Part shown: one piece after another, positions 19,262 to 29,105 of the stretch
How positions within the stretch are numbered: the stretch's first letter is position 1
Layout: each line of letters starts with the position of its first letter
Source: an uncultured archaeon
GTDB lineage: Archaea; Altiarchaeota; Altiarchaeia; IMC4; SCGC-AAA252-I15
Direction of reading: 5' to 3'
NCBI GenBank assembly: GCA_902384455.1
Contig: CABMCB010000071.1
Location: 184,196 to 248,195 of the forward strand
DNA length: 64,000 nt
Notes under the pieces: generated by a model
Databases searched by the model: none
The model's input: only the letters and a program-made list of their open reading frames with translations
Told to the model about the DNA's origin: nothing
Made by a program: the position numbers and the translations under genes

Positions 19262-21167
19262 AGTACTCGGCATAGATTTAGGGACAACAAACTCGTGCAT
19301 GGCTGTCATAACCGGCGGTAAGCCGGAGGTCATCCCCAACGCTGAAGGGGACCGTACGACTCCAAGCGTTGTTTCGCTTGTTAAGGGCGAGCGTGTGGTT
19401 GGGAAGGTCGCTAAGAGGCAGGCTATAGTCAACACTGACGCTACGATTTATTCCGTGAAGCGTTTTATGGGCCGCAAGTTTGATGACCCTGGTGTTCAGC
19501 AGGATTTGAAGATGGTGGGTTTTTCTCTTGTGAAGGCGTCTAACGGGGATGTGCGCATTGTGGCTGAGGGGCGGGATTATGCTCCTCCAGAGATTTCGGC
19601 AATGATTCTTTCCAAGATGAAGGCTGATGCGGAAGCTTTTCTTAACGAGAAGATTACTCAGGCCGTTATTACGGTGCCTGCTTACTTCAATGACGCTCAG
19701 AGGCAGGCGACAAAAGACGCGGGTAAAATCGCTGGTTTGGAGGTCCTAAGGATTATCAACGAGCCGACTGCCGCAAGTTTGGCTTACGGGCTGGACAAGA
19801 AGAAGAGCCAGAAGATTGCTGTCTACGACCTGGGCGGCGGGACGTTTGACATAAGTTTACTCGAGATTGGGGACGGAGTAGTCGAGGTGCTAAGCACCAA
19901 CGGAGACACTCATCTGGGCGGAGATGACTTCGACCAGGTCCTAATCCAATACCTCATTTCGGAATTCAAGAAGCAGGAGGGAATAGACATCTCGTCCGAC
20001 AAGACTGCTCTTCAGCGGTTTAAGGACGCAGGCGAAAAAGCGAAGATAGAATTGTCTTCCGCGACGACAACAGAAATTAACCTGCCTTTTCTTTCGTCAG
20101 TCAACAACGTGCCCAAACACCTGAACCTCACATTAACACGAGCGAAGCTTGAGCAGCTAACCCAACACCTAATAGACAAATCAATCGAGCCATGCAAAAA
20201 AGCGCTCTCGGACGCAAAAATGACCGTCTCAGAAATAGACGAAGTAGTGCTTGTCGGAGGCCAGACGCGGATGCCTGCGGTGCAGAAGGCAGTGAAAGAC
20301 TTCTTCGGCAAAGAACCCAACAAAAGCGTCAACCCCGACGAAGTAGTCGCAGTAGGCGCCGCAGTTCAAGCGGGAGTGCTTGCGGGAGAAGTCAAAGACG
20401 TACTGCTACTTGACGTGACGCCGCTGACTCTCGGAATAGAAACGCTCGGCGCAGTAATGACGCCGCTCATAGAAAGAAACACCACAATACCAACCAAAAA
20501 AAGCCAGGTATTCTCAACGGCCGCAGACTACCAGTCGAGCGTAGAAATCCACGTCCTACAGGGCGAGAGGAAAATGGCCGCAGACAACAAGAGTCTCGGC
20601 AAATTCATCCTCACAGGAATTCCGCCTGCACCCCGAGGCATACCTCAGATTGAAGTGACATTCGACATAGACGCAAACGGAATAGTCAACGTCACAGCCA
20701 AAGACCTCGCCACAAGCCAACAGCAAGCAATAACAATACGGCCAAGCAGTGGGCTGTCCGACAACGAAGTGGAGCGGATGGTGAAGGAAGCTGAAACCCA
20801 CGCGGAAGAAGACAAAACTAAGAAGGAAGTAGTCGACGCCAAAAACGACGCGGACGGCCTCATATACGCCACCGAAAAGGCGATGGGCGAACTTAAGGAC
20901 CTTGACGAGAAAAAGAAGGAGGACGCCAAAAAAGCGATTGAGGAACTAAAGAAGGCCGTAGCTAAAGGCGACGCAGCCGAAATAAAGGCTAAGACTGAGG
21001 AATTGGGGAAAGCAAGCCAAACACTTTTCACGGAAGCCTACCAGAAGGCTGCGGCGCAGCACGCCCAAAAGGAGGCAAACGAAAAAGGCGGGCAACCCCA
21101 AGACAAGAAGCCCGGCGACAACGTCGTGGACGCCGACTACGAAGTAGTAGACGACAAAAAGAAATAG
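19254..21167 (+). CDS. dnaK: Chaperone DnaK
   Basis: [30 protein letters not shown]. Confidence 0.99.
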   Translation: MAKVLGIDLGTTNSCMAVITGGKPEVIPNAEGDRTTPSVVSLVKGERVVGKVAKRQAIVNTDATIYSVKRFMGRKFDDPGVQQDLKMVGFSLVKASNGDVRIVAEGRDYAPPEISAMILSKMKADAEAFLNEKITQAVITVPAYFNDAQRQATKDAGKIAGLEVLRIINEPTAASLAYGLDKKKSQKIAVYDLGGGTFDISLLEIGDGVVEVLSTNGDTHLGGDDFDQVLIQYLISEFKKQEGIDISSDKTALQRFKDAGEKAKIELSSATTTEINLPFLSSVNNVPKHLNLTLTRAKLEQLTQHLIDKSIEPCKKALSDAKMTVSEIDEVVLVGGQTRMPAVQKAVKDFFGKEPNKSVNPDEVVAVGAAVQAGVLAGEVKDVLLLDVTPLTLGIETLGAVMTPLIERNTTIPTKKSQVFSTAADYQSSVEIHVLQGERKMAADNKSLGKFILTGIPPAPRGIPQIEVTFDIDANGIVNVTAKDLATSQQQAITIRPSSGLSDNEVERMVKEAETHAEEDKTKKEVVDAKNDADGLIYATEKAMGELKDLDEKKKEDAKKAIEELKKAVAKGDAAEIKAKTEELGKASQTLFTEAYQKAAAQHAQKEANEKGGQPQDKKPGDNVVDADYEVVDDKKK

Positions 21168-21175
21168 GCGCACGC

Positions 21176-22312
21176 ATGCCAGACAGAGACTACTACGAAA
21201 TTCTGGGGGTCGGCCGCGACGCAACCGCAGAAGACGTAAAGAAGGCGTATCGTTCTCTCGCAAAAAAAATTCACCCCGACATAAACAAAAGCCCTGACGC
21301 CGAAGCTAAATTCAAGGAACTCTCCGAAGCATACGAAGTGCTCGCAGACCAAGACAAACGAGTACGCTATGACCAATACGGAAAAGAAGGAGTCAAAAAC
21401 TCATTCGGCCAAGGCGGATTCACATGGGACGACTTCAGCCACGTCGGAGACATCGAAGACATATTCTCCGGCAGCAGCATATTCGACATGCTTTTCGGCG
21501 GCCGAAGCAGGAAGCATTCTCACGCTAACGCGGGAAACGACCTTAAAGCTGACGTCTCCCTCACCCTTGAGGAGGTTGCTGAGGGAGTCAAGAAGAGCAT
21601 TAAAATCCGCCGCAAGGAACGCTGCGACGCATGCGGCGGGTCCGGCGCAAAAAAAGGTACGTCTTCAACGACATGCCCCGAGTGCAAAGGCCGGGGGAGC
21701 GTGCGCAAAGAGCGTTCAACCCCCTTCGGATACTTCGCGACAGTAGCTCCATGCGGAAGATGCGGCGGCACAGGAGAATACATCGCAGACAAATGCAGTT
21801 CATGCGGCGGAAGCGGCCTTGAGAGGAAGGAGCGGTTGGTTTCACTTTCGATTCCTGCGGGCGTAGAAGACGGTAATCATCTTCTTCTTCGCGGCGAGGC
21901 TGATGCGGGGGAGCATGGCGGTCCGAGCGGAGACCTTTATGTCGTCGTTTCTGTTAAGGAGCATTCCGTTTTCACGCGCGACAGGGACGACTTGTTGTGC
22001 GCAGTCAAAGTTTCTTTTCCTCAGTTGGTTTTGGGATGCGAAATTGAGGTTCCCACAATACGCGGGAAAACCAAGCTCACAATTCCCGCGGGAACTCAGC
22101 CGGCAACTGTCTTCTACATCAAAAACGAGGGGTTGCCTCGGCTTAACGGCGCAGGTCGCGGAGAGCAGCTGGTTCAGTTGATGGTGAGCGTCCCCACCAA
22201 GCTCACAAAAAGGGAGAAGGAGATTATCACGGAGCTTGCGGGGCTCATACCGGAGAAGCCAGTTCTTGAGAAAGGAGTATTCGGGAAACTAAAGGACGCG
22301 CTCCACAGGTGA
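21176..22312 (+). CDS. dnaJ: Chaperone DnaJ
   Basis: J domain with HPD, four CxxCxGxG repeats. Confidence 0.98.
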   Translation: MPDRDYYEILGVGRDATAEDVKKAYRSLAKKIHPDINKSPDAEAKFKELSEAYEVLADQDKRVRYDQYGKEGVKNSFGQGGFTWDDFSHVGDIEDIFSGSSIFDMLFGGRSRKHSHANAGNDLKADVSLTLEEVAEGVKKSIKIRRKERCDACGGSGAKKGTSSTTCPECKGRGSVRKERSTPFGYFATVAPCGRCGGTGEYIADKCSSCGGSGLERKERLVSLSIPAGVEDGNHLLLRGEADAGEHGGPSGDLYVVVSVKEHSVFTRDRDDLLCAVKVSFPQLVLGCEIEVPTIRGKTKLTIPAGTQPATVFYIKNEGLPRLNGAGRGEQLVQLMVSVPTKLTKREKEIITELAGLIPEKPVLEKGVFGKLKDALHR

Positions 22313-22360
22313 CTTCCATCCAACACGTTTTTCTCCCCGGCATTCCCGATTAAATACGTC

Positions 22361-22900
22361 ATGCAGGCTGAAGCCAACCAACCCGGAGGAAGTCCGCCTG
22401 ACGAAGTAGGCAAATTAAGGGACAAAATCAGGAAGATACTCACGATGAGTTCGTCGAATCTTGTAGCCATGGAAGTGTCCTACCGCCTAATCCAAAGCAA
22501 AGCAAACCCCCTCAATCTCACTGACGGCCAAGTACTAAGCCACACGCCCGTCCTGGGTATGCCTGCGGTGGAACTACTAAAGCCGGCAGTAGCAGACGCA
22601 GTGCTCGACCGCCACAAAATGGAAGGCCCGCTGCGGGAAAACATGCGCAGGGTACTGCTCATCGGCGGAAGCGCAGCCGTCCCGCAGCTATTTGAAGACG
22701 CAGCATTCAACGCCAAGATGAATGAAATATTCCAAGACATCACAGCGCTAAACCAGACTTCAACGGAAGGCCTCATTCTACCTAAATCAGACTTGTTCAG
22801 GAACGCAACCCAAAACGGCATAACAAACATACACGACTACCGGATGCAGTGGGAGGCATATCTCTCGTCGTTCGGGAACCCGAAACAACAACCCGAATGA
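22361..22900 (+). CDS. Hypothetical protein (intact paralog of 22937-23424)
   Basis: 179-aa ORF that aligns with the downstream split ORF. Confidence 0.7.
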   Translation: MQAEANQPGGSPPDEVGKLRDKIRKILTMSSSNLVAMEVSYRLIQSKANPLNLTDGQVLSHTPVLGMPAVELLKPAVADAVLDRHKMEGPLRENMRRVLLIGGSAAVPQLFEDAAFNAKMNEIFQDITALNQTSTEGLILPKSDLFRNATQNGITNIHDYRMQWEAYLSSFGNPKQQPE

Positions 22901-22936
22901 AAACCGTTTTTATCCTCATCACGCCCGGTAATTAAC

Positions 22937-23424
22937 GTGCCAGCCCAACCCACCAAAGCCCAAAACGAAACAGACGCGCTCAAAGCAGAACTCAAAGGAT
23001 ACTTCTTTAACGGCCAAAGTGACCGCGAAGCTCTTGAGCGGGTGAATAGAAAGCTTACAGACAAGGTGGGCAGCGTAGTACAAGTCACACTGAAATCCTG
23101 GGCATACCCGCACAGGACATAGTGACAGACGTCGTATGGGACGTACTTTTAGACCGCAGAAACGTGCTGGAGCCGCAAAGGACTGGTTTCAAGGCCCTCG
23201 GACTTTCCGGCGGTAATCCAAAACTCTATGAAGACAAAGCATTCAATGAAGTTGCGGGTCAACTGCTTGCGGACGCCTCTCAATTACAGCAAACTGCTCG
23301 TCAAACGCCTGTTGATTCGGATGTCCTGATAAACGGCGTGGGAATCCCTCACGTAGCCCTTACTTTCTACGACGGAGCGCGCAAAAGGTACTTAGCTTCA
23401 ATGGAACCCAAGCAGGCTCCATAA
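22937..23424 (+). pseudogene. Frameshifted paralog of 22361-22900
   Basis: Similarity continues from frame 0 into the -1 frame at ~23050-23075 (GQRSTSHTEILGIPA vs GQVLSHTPVLGMPA). Confidence 0.7.
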
Positions 23425-23477
23425 GTCATAGCTAGTATTAACTCAAACGGATTTTTTTAACGCATCCATTCCAATAT

Positions 23478-24719
23478 GTGGGCATGGACGACTTGCTCCT
23501 TAAGGCTCTTGCTTCCGAACACGGCACGCCGCTTTACGTCTACGACGGCGACATGATACGGCAACGCTACAATACGTTCAAGAACGCGTTCGAAACAAGA
23601 TACTCGCCGGTGAAAGTTTCTTACGCAATGAAGGCCAACAGCAGCCTGGCAGTCCTAAAAATCTTTTCGTCTCTTGGGGCGGGAGTGGACGTCGTTTCGG
23701 GCGGGGAACTTGAGGTGGCGCTTAAAGCGGGTTTTTCGGCGAAAGACATCCTGTTCACAAGCAACAGCAAAAGCCCGTGGGAACACGAACTCGCAGTCAG
23801 AAAAGGCGCGGTCATAAACGTAGACAGCGTCCACGAAATACAAAGCCTATCCAAAGTCGCTGCTTCGCTCGGCAAAAAAGCGAAAGTCAGCTTCCGCGTC
23901 AACCCAAGCGTCAACCCGCAAACGCACCCAAAAATAGCGACAGGACTCAAGAACGCCAAATTCGGGGTACCAATTGAAGACGGCGTCGCGCTCGAAGCTT
24001 ACCGGCAGGCGAAAGCAGACTCAAACCTTAAGGTCGTCGGACTGCACACGCACATAGGAAGCCAAATACTCGAAACCGACAGCTTCCGCGACGCGGCAAC
24101 CCGCATAATGGACTTCGCGCTCCAACTAAAGAAGGAACTGAAAATAAAACTCAAATTCATCGACCTCGGAGGAGGACTCGGCATATCCTACAAAGGAGAA
24201 ACAAACATCATCGGCCCAGACGACCTAGCTGCGGCAGTCGTGCCCGTCGTCGAAGAAGGAGTCAAAAAACTCGGCTACCGCCCCGAACTCTGGCTTGAAC
24301 CCGGAAGATGGTTCGTAGGGCCATCCGGAGAGCTTATCGCCAGAGTAAACAGCCTCAAAAAGACTCCCGACAAAAAGTACGCGAACGTGAACGCAGGATT
24401 CAACGTGCTCATAAGGCCGGCGATGTACGACAGCTTCCATCGCGTCCGGGTGCTTGGCAAGTTGGGCGAAGAAGAAACTTACGACATAGCAGGCAACATA
24501 TGCGAAAGCGGAGACATACTAGCTAAAGACCGCAAACTACCCCAAATACAAGAAGACGACATAATCTGCCTCATGGACGCGGGAGCATACGGCTTCGCAA
24601 TGGCAAGCAACTACAACAGCTGGCCTCTACCTGCGGAAGTGCTCGTTGAAGCAGGAAAAGGCCGTCTGATACGTCAGCGGGGAACAACCAAGGATTTATT
24701 GAGGAACCAAATCGCTTGA
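23478..24719 (+). CDS. lysA: Diaminopimelate decarboxylase
   Basis: GTPLYVYD, YAMKANS, HIGSQI, LEPGR, CESGD, GAYG. Confidence 0.97.
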   Translation: MGMDDLLLKALASEHGTPLYVYDGDMIRQRYNTFKNAFETRYSPVKVSYAMKANSSLAVLKIFSSLGAGVDVVSGGELEVALKAGFSAKDILFTSNSKSPWEHELAVRKGAVINVDSVHEIQSLSKVAASLGKKAKVSFRVNPSVNPQTHPKIATGLKNAKFGVPIEDGVALEAYRQAKADSNLKVVGLHTHIGSQILETDSFRDAATRIMDFALQLKKELKIKLKFIDLGGGLGISYKGETNIIGPDDLAAAVVPVVEEGVKKLGYRPELWLEPGRWFVGPSGELIARVNSLKKTPDKKYANVNAGFNVLIRPAMYDSFHRVRVLGKLGEEETYDIAGNICESGDILAKDRKLPQIQEDDIICLMDAGAYGFAMASNYNSWPLPAEVLVEAGKGRLIRQRGTTKDLLRNQIA

Positions 24720-24720
24720 T

Positions 24721-24879
24721 TCACCCTTTGAATCGGGGTGAGTCCATCACGCGGGCGAGCACATAGAGGGCGAAGAATATTGCAATAAGCCATCCGGCTA
24801 GTCCGAATGTGCTGCCGTACCATTCCTTAAGCCGGGTTAAATGCAGGATTGCGTCGTCCACTACGCTGTTGAGGTTCAT
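24721..24879 (-). CDS. Small single-TM protein (52 aa), absent from ORF track
   Basis: MNLNSVVDDAILHLTRLKEWYGSTFGLAGWLIAIFFALYVLARVMDSPRFKG; ATGA overlap with the upstream stop and fills the gap to lysA. Confidence 0.7.
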   Translation of the reverse strand: MNLNSVVDDAILHLTRLKEWYGSTFGLAGWLIAIFFALYVLARVMDSPRFKG

Positions 24880-25976
24880 TTCTTGTCTATCTTCTCCGCA
24901 ATCTTCTTGTTTTCCTCAAGTAGCGCCTTGATGTCTTTGCCTATCGACGCAAGGTGAGTGGCTTCGTCGTCCAAGTGAGTATAGTTGGATATCTTAGCGT
25001 AAACTTCCTGCGGATTCTCTATCCCAAACAAAGCGTGGTAACTCCTCACGCGAGGCACATTAACTTCCCTGCCCGCAGTAACAGCCGCCCCAACCATAAG
25101 GCCGCCTGAGGACCCTCCTCCCACGCCGCCTCCGACTGTGAGCGCCGCAGAGTCCGACCCCAAGCCCAGTCCGTTTGCTGTCACGGGAATTATTGTGCCG
25201 AAATTGAACATTCGGCCTAATAGAGGCTGCTCGAGGATTAGGTTGTTTATGTTCCCGTAGTCGAGTTCGTTTCTGCGCATTCCCCCCCAGGAAAGCTGCG
25301 TTACAAGGCGCTGGTTGGTTACGTAGAATACGTGCGCTAGCCGGTATAGGTCAACGAAGTACATGCCTATCCCCGCAAGGAGTATGCCCAAAACGTACGT
25401 CATATACGCGGGCAAACCAAGAACTGCAGGCACGACTGCGGCAAACAACGCCGTGGCAATAAGCACAGGACCCCAACCCCAAGATATCGAAACGAAAGAT
25501 ATGTACCCCGCAGGCAATATCACAAGGAAACACCAAAGTATCACGGCCGCGTATTCAACAGGCGGATTCAATAGGAAAAGAGCGAACTGCCTGACTGTTG
25601 AGGCCGTAGGTATGCCGATGAATCCGAGCACGTCGGCTGAGCCTTTTGACAGCATTCCTACGACTCCGAACAGTATTGTTGCCGTAAGCCGAGTGAAAAT
25701 GTTTGTTTTGGCTGATAGGGCGGAGCCTATTTGGGGTGCTATCCACATGAAAAGAAGCGATAGTATTATGACCCAAAGCCAGATGAAGTAGTAGGGGTAG
25801 AATGCGAGCCAGTGTGGGTGGACTTTCATTTCTACGGTTTCCTGGTCGCGCAGCTTGATTTCCTTTGGAGGTGAAATGACGTTTGAGAAGACGCGTTTCT
25901 TTTCTTCTGGGGCTTTGGCGGTTGGCGTAGGCGGCTCTTCATCCAGTTTGTGCCCTATTGTTTTTCCGCCTTCCAT
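24876..25976 (-). CDS. Membrane protein with bacterial PH (bPH_2) domain
   Basis: TM helices then FYVTNQRL...I.EQPLLGRMFNFGTI...GIENP. Confidence 0.85.
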   Translation of the reverse strand: MEGGKTIGHKLDEEPPTPTAKAPEEKKRVFSNVISPPKEIKLRDQETVEMKVHPHWLAFYPYYFIWLWVIILSLLFMWIAPQIGSALSAKTNIFTRLTATILFGVVGMLSKGSADVLGFIGIPTASTVRQFALFLLNPPVEYAAVILWCFLVILPAGYISFVSISWGWGPVLIATALFAAVVPAVLGLPAYMTYVLGILLAGIGMYFVDLYRLAHVFYVTNQRLVTQLSWGGMRRNELDYGNINNLILEQPLLGRMFNFGTIIPVTANGLGLGSDSAALTVGGGVGGGSSGGLMVGAAVTAGREVNVPRVRSYHALFGIENPQEVYAKISNYTHLDDEATHLASIGKDIKALLEENKKIAEKIDKK

Positions 25977-26021
25977 TCTATGCCCTCTTATTTTCTTCTT
26001 CCGCTACGGCTAAAAATGAAG

Positions 26022-27398
26022 TTAAACCTTATTCAGTATCCCTTCAAGTACGGTTTCTACTTCGCTTCGAATCTCCTTCAGCCTTGCATCGGTTTTTGCT
26101 TCGAAGCGGAGAATAAGGTGCGGGGTCGTGTTGCTTGCGCGCACAAGCCCCCATCCGTCCTTAAACTGGATTCTGGCGCCGTCCAACGTCACCACCTCGT
26201 TCGTCTTCTGGAACCTTTTAGTGACCTCGGAGACTACATTAAACTTCCTGTCGTCCGGACAGTCCACGCGAATCTCAGGCGTCACAGGATACTTGGGGAT
26301 GCTGTCGTAGAGGGCCGAGATTCCTCCAGGCGTCCTTTCAACTATGCCGGCCATGGTGATGCCCGCAAGAAGCGCGTCGTCATAACCGAAAGCGTCTTCG
26401 CCGAAATAGAAGTGGCCGCTCATTTCGCCTCCAAGGAGTGCTCCTTCCTCTTTGATGCGTTTTTTCATGAAGCTGTGGCCTGTGCGGTTCATTAGCGGCA
26501 CGCCTCCCGCCTTCTCAACCTCCTCTATGAGGCTTTGGCTGCATTTGACGTCGAAGACTATTTTGGCGCCTTTGTGCCTGCTTATCACGTCTTTGGCGAG
26601 AAGAATCAAGGCTTGGTCTCCGCGCACTATTTCGCCGCGCGGAGTGATGAACACTGCGCGGTCTCCGTCCCCGTCGAAGCCGACGCCGAGCGCAGCCTTG
26701 GTTTTTTTAACTTCTTTTATGAGGTCAGTGAGGCTTTCGTCCATAGTCGGATCGGGGTGGTGGTGGGGGAAGGTGTTGTCTGATTCGCAGTAAAGGGGTA
26801 TCACGGAAAATCCTGCGGCGGTAAACAGGCGTACTGCGAGCGGGCCTGCGGTTCCGTTTCCTGCGTCTAGGACTACTTTGATTGGTTTTGTTGTCCGCAC
26901 CCGTTTGGCGTTGAATTTGACGTAGTCCTCCAAAGGGTCTTTCTTTGTTGTTGTGCTTTCTTCTTTTTTTGGTACGGTTCTGAGTTCCCCTTTATCGATT
27001 GTTTCTTTGAGGGCAAGGAGGCTTTCTGCGTAGAGGGGCTGTGTGCCGCGCATGAACTTGAGGCCGTTGTATTCGGGTGGGTTGTGGCTTCCTGTTATCA
27101 TTACGCAGCCGTCTAGTTTGTATGTGAATAGGCTGAAGTATGTGACTGGCGTTGGGACTTCTCCTATTGACAGAACGTTTATGCCTGCCTGGTTTATGCC
27201 TTTGATGAGCGCTTTGGATAGTGCGGGGGATGATGTGCGGTTGTCCCATCCTACTGCGACTGTTGCGCCTGGTTTTAGTCCTGACGCGTATGATTGTCCC
27301 ACAATCTGTGCGAGTTCGTCTGTGAGGTCTTTTCCGTATACGCCTCGGATGTCGTATGCTCGGAATACGCTTGCTTTGACTGCGGGTTTGTTTTTCAT
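26022..27398 (-). CDS. Phosphomannomutase/phosphoglucomutase
   Basis: FRAYDIRG, ITGSHNP, FDGDGDR, GEMSGH, VRASNT. Confidence 0.97.
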   Translation of the reverse strand: MKNKPAVKASVFRAYDIRGVYGKDLTDELAQIVGQSYASGLKPGATVAVGWDNRTSSPALSKALIKGINQAGINVLSIGEVPTPVTYFSLFTYKLDGCVMITGSHNPPEYNGLKFMRGTQPLYAESLLALKETIDKGELRTVPKKEESTTTKKDPLEDYVKFNAKRVRTTKPIKVVLDAGNGTAGPLAVRLFTAAGFSVIPLYCESDNTFPHHHPDPTMDESLTDLIKEVKKTKAALGVGFDGDGDRAVFITPRGEIVRGDQALILLAKDVISRHKGAKIVFDVKCSQSLIEEVEKAGGVPLMNRTGHSFMKKRIKEEGALLGGEMSGHFYFGEDAFGYDDALLAGITMAGIVERTPGGISALYDSIPKYPVTPEIRVDCPDDRKFNVVSEVTKRFQKTNEVVTLDGARIQFKDGWGLVRASNTTPHLILRFEAKTDARLKEIRSEVETVLEGILNKV

Positions 27399-27425
27399 AA
27401 CAAGTCGGGTCGGATTATCCGCGTT

Positions 27426-28265
27426 TCAGCTTAGGGGCTTCCACTCTTTGATTGCCTTTTCGTATGACTCGGGCGTGCCTGTGTCGAACCACTGCCTGTC
27501 GAACGGGTAAGCGTACAACTCCCCTTTTTTCGCCAGAATTGGGAATATGTCTTTCTCTATCATGCTTTTCCCTTTGGGCAGGACGTCTAGCACCGACGGT
27601 TCAAGAACGTAAACTCCGGCGTTGATGAGGTTGCTTGTTTGCTCCCCTTTCTTGGGTTTCTCTATGAAATCGAGTATTCGGTCGCCTTCAAGAAGCGCCA
27701 CTCCGAACTGGCTGGGGTCTTTGACGTGCGTGAGGGCAATAGTTGCCATACCTTTCTTCTCGTTGTGGTAGCGGATTAAGTCCATAAGGTCGATGTCCGC
27801 GAGAACGTCGCCGTTGAACATAAGGAACGTCTCAGTAAGCTGGTCGCGCATAAGCGAAAGCGGGCCTGCGGTCCCAAGCGCCTCCTTCTCTTCTATGTAA
27901 GTGATTCGGACGCCGAACTTTGAGCCGTTCCCGAAGTACTCCCTAATCTTGTTGCCCAGGTAGCCTATGCTTATGACAATGTCCCTCACGTCATACTTGC
28001 GGCACAAGTCGACTATGTGCTCAAGAAGAGGCCTCCCTTGCACGGGTATTAGGGATTTGGGCATTTCGTATGTGAAGGGGCGCATTCGTGTTCCTTCGCC
28101 TCCTGCCAGAATCACCGCTTTTTTGACTTTGTCTGCGGAGAAGACTTTGGAGAGCATCACTTCTATTGCGTGGCTTCTGTTGCGTATTCTTATGCCGTCG
28201 ACCATCTGGTCTACGCGCTCTACTATGTCGTCTCTGAGGGTTATGGTCAGTTGCTCGCGCTTCAT
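27426..28265 (-). CDS. NDP-sugar synthase (mannose-1-phosphate guanylyltransferase-like) with N-terminal ribbon-helix-helix domain
   Basis: LAGGEGTRMRP, PK, LGTAG, NGD, EKP, WFDTG; N-terminal QLTITL...VDQMV...NRSHAIE. Confidence 0.9.
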   Translation of the reverse strand: MKREQLTITLRDDIVERVDQMVDGIRIRNRSHAIEVMLSKVFSADKVKKAVILAGGEGTRMRPFTYEMPKSLIPVQGRPLLEHIVDLCRKYDVRDIVISIGYLGNKIREYFGNGSKFGVRITYIEEKEALGTAGPLSLMRDQLTETFLMFNGDVLADIDLMDLIRYHNEKKGMATIALTHVKDPSQFGVALLEGDRILDFIEKPKKGEQTSNLINAGVYVLEPSVLDVLPKGKSMIEKDIFPILAKKGELYAYPFDRQWFDTGTPESYEKAIKEWKPLS

Positions 28266-28274
28266 TTTGATTTG

Positions 28275-28295
28275 TCACAGTATGTTATACTATGA
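28275..28295. promoter_or_regulatory. Imperfect palindrome TCACAGTAT-GTT-ATACTATGA, candidate RHH operator
   Basis: 8 of 9 arm positions pair; 10-30 bp upstream of the RHH-fusion start. Confidence 0.45.
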
Positions 28296-28383
28296 GGTAA
28301 TTACATACGCAAGTGGGCCTTAAAAAACCCCCTTCACCCCCATTAAACAGCAAGCCTTAAGGCGAAACACACTATAACCTAAC

Positions 28384-29073
28384 ATGGACGTCTCCATCAT
28401 AGTCCCAACATACAACGAGAAAGACAACATCCCAATACTAGCAGAACGGCTTTTTGAGGCTCTGAAGAAAGCGAGCATAGAAGGTGAACTTGTCATAGTA
28501 GACGACGGAAGCCCCGATGGAACAGGCGACGTAGCTGAGAAGCTGGGGAAAAAATATCCCGTCACAGTAGTCCACCGCTCAGGCAAACTGGGGTTGTCCT
28601 CCGCAGTGCTTGAGGGATTCGCTATGGCCACAGGAGACTACTTGGGCGTAATGGACGCAGATTTGTCGCACCCACCCGAAGTAATACCTCAGCTTGTGGC
28701 GGCCATCAAGGCGGGCGCAGACCTCGCTCCTGGAACAAGGTACGCTCAAGGCGGGGGAGTGGAGCATTGGCCGCTTCACAGGCAGATAATAAGCAAGGTT
28801 GCGACTATGCTTGCTCAGCCGCTTACGCCTCTTTCCGACCCGATGTCCGGTTTGTTCATGATTAAGCGCGAAGTCATAGAGGATGTCACTCTTAATCCGT
28901 TGGGTTTCAAGATTCTGCTTGAAATCGCAGTCAAAGGGCACGTTAGTAAAATCACTGAAGTCCCATTCACGTTCAAGGACCGGCTGGCCGGAGAAAGCAA
29001 GCTCAACTCTAAGGAGCAGATAAACTACCTAAAGCACCTGTTTGCGCTTTACAGATACCGCTACCACATATAG
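28384..29073 (+). CDS. Polyprenol-monophosphomannose synthase (GT2, DPM1-like)
   Basis: IVPTYNE, VDDGSPDGT, MDADLSHPP, DPMSG, GFKILLE, GESKL. Confidence 0.93.
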   Translation: MDVSIIVPTYNEKDNIPILAERLFEALKKASIEGELVIVDDGSPDGTGDVAEKLGKKYPVTVVHRSGKLGLSSAVLEGFAMATGDYLGVMDADLSHPPEVIPQLVAAIKAGADLAPGTRYAQGGGVEHWPLHRQIISKVATMLAQPLTPLSDPMSGLFMIKREVIEDVTLNPLGFKILLEIAVKGHVSKITEVPFTFKDRLAGESKLNSKEQINYLKHLFALYRYRYHI

Positions 29074-29105
29074 ATTTTATCCCCTATTCCCCAATAGGCG
29101 TGCAT

